Assembly (NCBI GenBank): GCA_038231275.1
Contig: JBBRLQ010000015.1
Coordinates: forward strand, 32,001 to 96,000
DNA from: Polyangiales bacterium
Lineage (GTDB): Bacteria > Myxococcota_A > Polyangia > Polyangiales > Polyangiaceae
Reading direction: 5' to 3'
Length of the DNA stretch: 64,000 nucleotides
Positions 61,909 to 64,000 of the stretch are shown here, piece by piece (position 1 is the first letter of the stretch; each line of letters begins with the position of its first letter). Position numbers and translations under genes: made by a program. Below the pieces are notes generated by a model that searched no databases, was not told the DNA's origin, and saw nothing but the letters and a program-made list of their open reading frames with translations.

Positions 61909-62949
61909 TCAGGTCCCTTCGCCCTTGAGGACGAAGGCGAGGGCGGCTCCGCTCGTGTCGGCGAGATCGAGGCGCGGGCCCGGTGTCGTGAGCCACTCCG
62001 CGTGCTCGGCGGGGAGCGGCTCGATGGGGAGCGTGCGGACGTGGAGGTTCTCGGGAACGGCGTTGAACGCCGCGATGCAGACGTTGAGGATCTCGCTCAT
62101 CGCCGACGTCACCGCCTCGTTCGGGCTCCGCGTCTTGATCTGCTCGGCGACCTCGTGCTCCGGCAAGAGCATCAACTGCGCACCTTGCGAGATGACCGCC
62201 TCGAGGTTCGCCACGATCGCGCCGACGACGTTCTTCGCGTCGTCCGTGAGGAGGCACGTCCAGAGGTCTTTCGCGCCGAGATCGAGCGGCTTCTTCGACA
62301 CCGTGAGCTTGGATTTTTCGCCGGTCATCGCCGACATCTGCGCGACGAGCGCGTCTGCGGTCGGCAGGTGCACTGGAAACGCCGGCGCACGATGTCCGGG
62401 TGACGCGGCTTTTGGCGCGACGCGCGGCTTGGTCTCCGCGACCGCGGGCGCCTTCTCGCGCACGTCGGCGATCGCGTGTGTTGGAGCGCCGTTGGGCTCG
62501 CGCTCGAGGTGCGCGACCCGTCGCTGAAGCCGCTCTTGCGAAGCGCGAAGCTCACGTATTTCTTCGCGCATGAGGGTGAGCTCCAGCGACGGCGCCGCGA
62601 GGCCGACCAGCGCCGCATGCTCCGCCCCTTCGTCGCGACGCGCACGGTGCTTCGACGGCGACATCTGCGCCACGAAGGCCGCGGGGATCCAACGGCCCTC
62701 CTCTGCCTCGTAGCTGGCGCTCTCGCTGGACGCGTCGGCCATGAGGCGGCGAGCGTCACTCACGAGCGCGCGACCCTCGTCGCTGTTGGCGAGCTGGAAG
62801 AGGACGACCTCCGTGCCGGTCAGCCGCTGAATCGTCGGCCGAAGGACTCGCTCGTCGAGGGGGACCAGGCGCTCCACCTCCAGCACCCACGTCGCGGCGT
62901 CGCGGTAGAGTCGCCTCGGTTTCGCGCTGCTGAAATGTCCTACTCCCAC
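61909..62949 (-). CDS. Coiled-coil protein with CheC/CheX-like C-terminal domain
   Basis: Heptad REEIRELRASQERLQRRVAHLE; SAMSEILNVC (ExxN) motif. Confidence 0.7.
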   Translation of the reverse strand: MGVGHFSSAKPRRLYRDAATWVLEVERLVPLDERVLRPTIQRLTGTEVVLFQLANSDEGRALVSDARRLMADASSESASYEAEEGRWIPAAFVAQMSPSKHRARRDEGAEHAALVGLAAPSLELTLMREEIRELRASQERLQRRVAHLEREPNGAPTHAIADVREKAPAVAETKPRVAPKAASPGHRAPAFPVHLPTADALVAQMSAMTGEKSKLTVSKKPLDLGAKDLWTCLLTDDAKNVVGAIVANLEAVISQGAQLMLLPEHEVAEQIKTRSPNEAVTSAMSEILNVCIAAFNAVPENLHVRTLPIEPLPAEHAEWLTTPGPRLDLADTSGAALAFVLKGEGT

Positions 62950-62956
62950 GTGAAAG

Positions 62957-62983
62957 CGAACGGCTCCGGGGGTCCGACCTTTA
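62957..62983 (-). promoter_or_regulatory. sigma28 (FliA)-like promoter
   Basis: Minus strand TAAA-N15-GCCGTTCG versus consensus TAAA-N15-GCCGATAA. Confidence 0.45.
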
Positions 62984-63104
62984 GTCTCGGCGATCTGCGT
63001 CGTTCAAATGGCGCGAGGCGCCTCGGCGCTCTTCTCCGCGTCGTCGGCCAGGGCGACGATGAAGAAGGGAGCGAAGGCGCCTCGATTTCTTTCGAACCAG
63101 GCGA

Positions 63105-63617
63105 TCAGCGATTGCCCATCGCCATCTGCGGCTCGCCGGCGCGACGAGCGTTCGCGCGCGTCGTCGTCTGCGCGGGCGGCTCCGACGCGAGCCAGGTCGA
63201 GAGCGGCTCGCAGGCGGAGAGGTGGGTGCTGTCCAAGAGGACCTGCGCGCCCATGCGGGTCTCGGAGTCGACGATGATCGGCGCGACGAGGTTGACCGTC
63301 GGGGGAACGTCGGTGCCGGGAGCGGCGAAGACGAGCATGATCGACCACGTGCTCGGATCGTTCCCGATGCCCGCCGCGATCGCCGCGTTCATCATGGCCT
63401 CCTCGCCGTACTGGACCGCGAGCGCCTCGAGCGAGATGACCGGAAACGCGAGTGCCGGGTTCGTCGCCGAGTGCAGCCACGCGATGGGCGAGCCCTCACG
63501 CTGGCGGATGAGGAGGAACTTCGTCTCGTTGGCGAAGCCGATCATGCCGGCCGGAAAATCGATGAGATCCTTCTCGTCGATGGTGATGGTTCCGAAATTC
63601 GTGGTCTTGAAATTCAT
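63105..63617 (-). CDS. fliW: Flagellar assembly factor FliW
   Basis: TTNFG...FPAGMIGF...WLHS...LAFPVI...TVNLVAPIIV...GAQV. Confidence 0.88.
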   Translation of the reverse strand: MNFKTTNFGTITIDEKDLIDFPAGMIGFANETKFLLIRQREGSPIAWLHSATNPALAFPVISLEALAVQYGEEAMMNAAIAAGIGNDPSTWSIMLVFAAPGTDVPPTVNLVAPIIVDSETRMGAQVLLDSTHLSACEPLSTWLASEPPAQTTTRANARRAGEPQMAMGNR

Positions 63618-63667
63618 GTCGATGCTCCCTGGCTTTTGTTTTGTCGTGACGAGTCGCAAATGTTCGG

Positions 63668-64000
63668 TCAGGCGTTCGCCATCAGCGCCATGGCGGCGCG
63701 GCGGTCGGCGTCCTTGAAGGCTTCGATCACGCTCTGGCAGGCCTCGAAGCCTCGCGTCGCTCCGATGAGCTCGACCATCCCCTTCACGGCGGACACGTTC
63801 GACCCTTCGATGGACTTGGGCTCGAGCACCGCCGGGATCACCTTCGGCGCGCCGGCGCCCGGCGTCGCCTGGAAGAGAGCGGGCTCCGCCTTGCGCAGCT
63901 CGCCGGGCTTCGCGAAGCTTACGATTTGCAGCGTTCCGACCACCGATCCGCCTGCGCGGACAGTGCCATCGGGCGAGATCGAGGCGTCTATCGACGCCGG
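63668..64000 (-). CDS. flgF: Flagellar basal-body rod protein C-terminus (FlgF/FlgG family), truncated by the window edge
   Basis: ISPDGTV...VGTLQIV, IEGSNVSAVKGMVELIGATRGFEA rod C-terminal motif. Confidence 0.8.
   Translation of the reverse strand, partial: PASIDASISPDGTVRAGGSVVGTLQIVSFAKPGELRKAEPALFQATPGAGAPKVIPAVLEPKSIEGSNVSAVKGMVELIGATRGFEACQSVIEAFKDADRRAAMALMANA

Noticed and set aside
63004..63105. Small ORF or frameshifted extension after fliW
   Set aside because: No independent start or RBS; fliW is already full length

Overview
High-GC (~70% by eye) bacterial chromosome segment, most consistent with Myxococcota (Polyangiales-like). The evidence is the Ser/Thr kinase-TPR protein, 'DAG/DGG'-rich lipoproteins, AgmX/PglI-type and DUF4388 domains and multiple sigma54 activators. 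About 57 CDS are supported. Housekeeping genes include purL, sthA, udk, ccsA-hemA-hemC, pssA, cpoB-LysM, livM/livG-F and iorAB-like. Also present are an AbrB-Doc toxin-antitoxin pair, several envelope lipoproteins and the end of a flagellar cluster at the right edge (flgF-like, fliW, CheX-like). The strongest unannotated signal is an intergenic ~170-nt minus-strand RNA (about 9393->9223). It has a GG-N10-GC sigma54 promoter, three consecutive stem-loops that each display a C-rich loop (one is a perfect anti-Shine-Dalgarno, CCCCUCCUA) and a U8 terminator, making it a Pxr-like small RNA candidate. Other notable observations: a 32-bp perfect inverted-repeat element before purL, a His-less hybrid pseudokinase beside a sensor-less sigma54 activator, a degenerate MshEN/HD-GYP/pseudo-REC protein, a heme-c-fused copper monooxygenase lipoprotein operon, a probable frameshift, and widespread leaderless-type promoters. 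All calls come from reading the sequence; no database searches were run.
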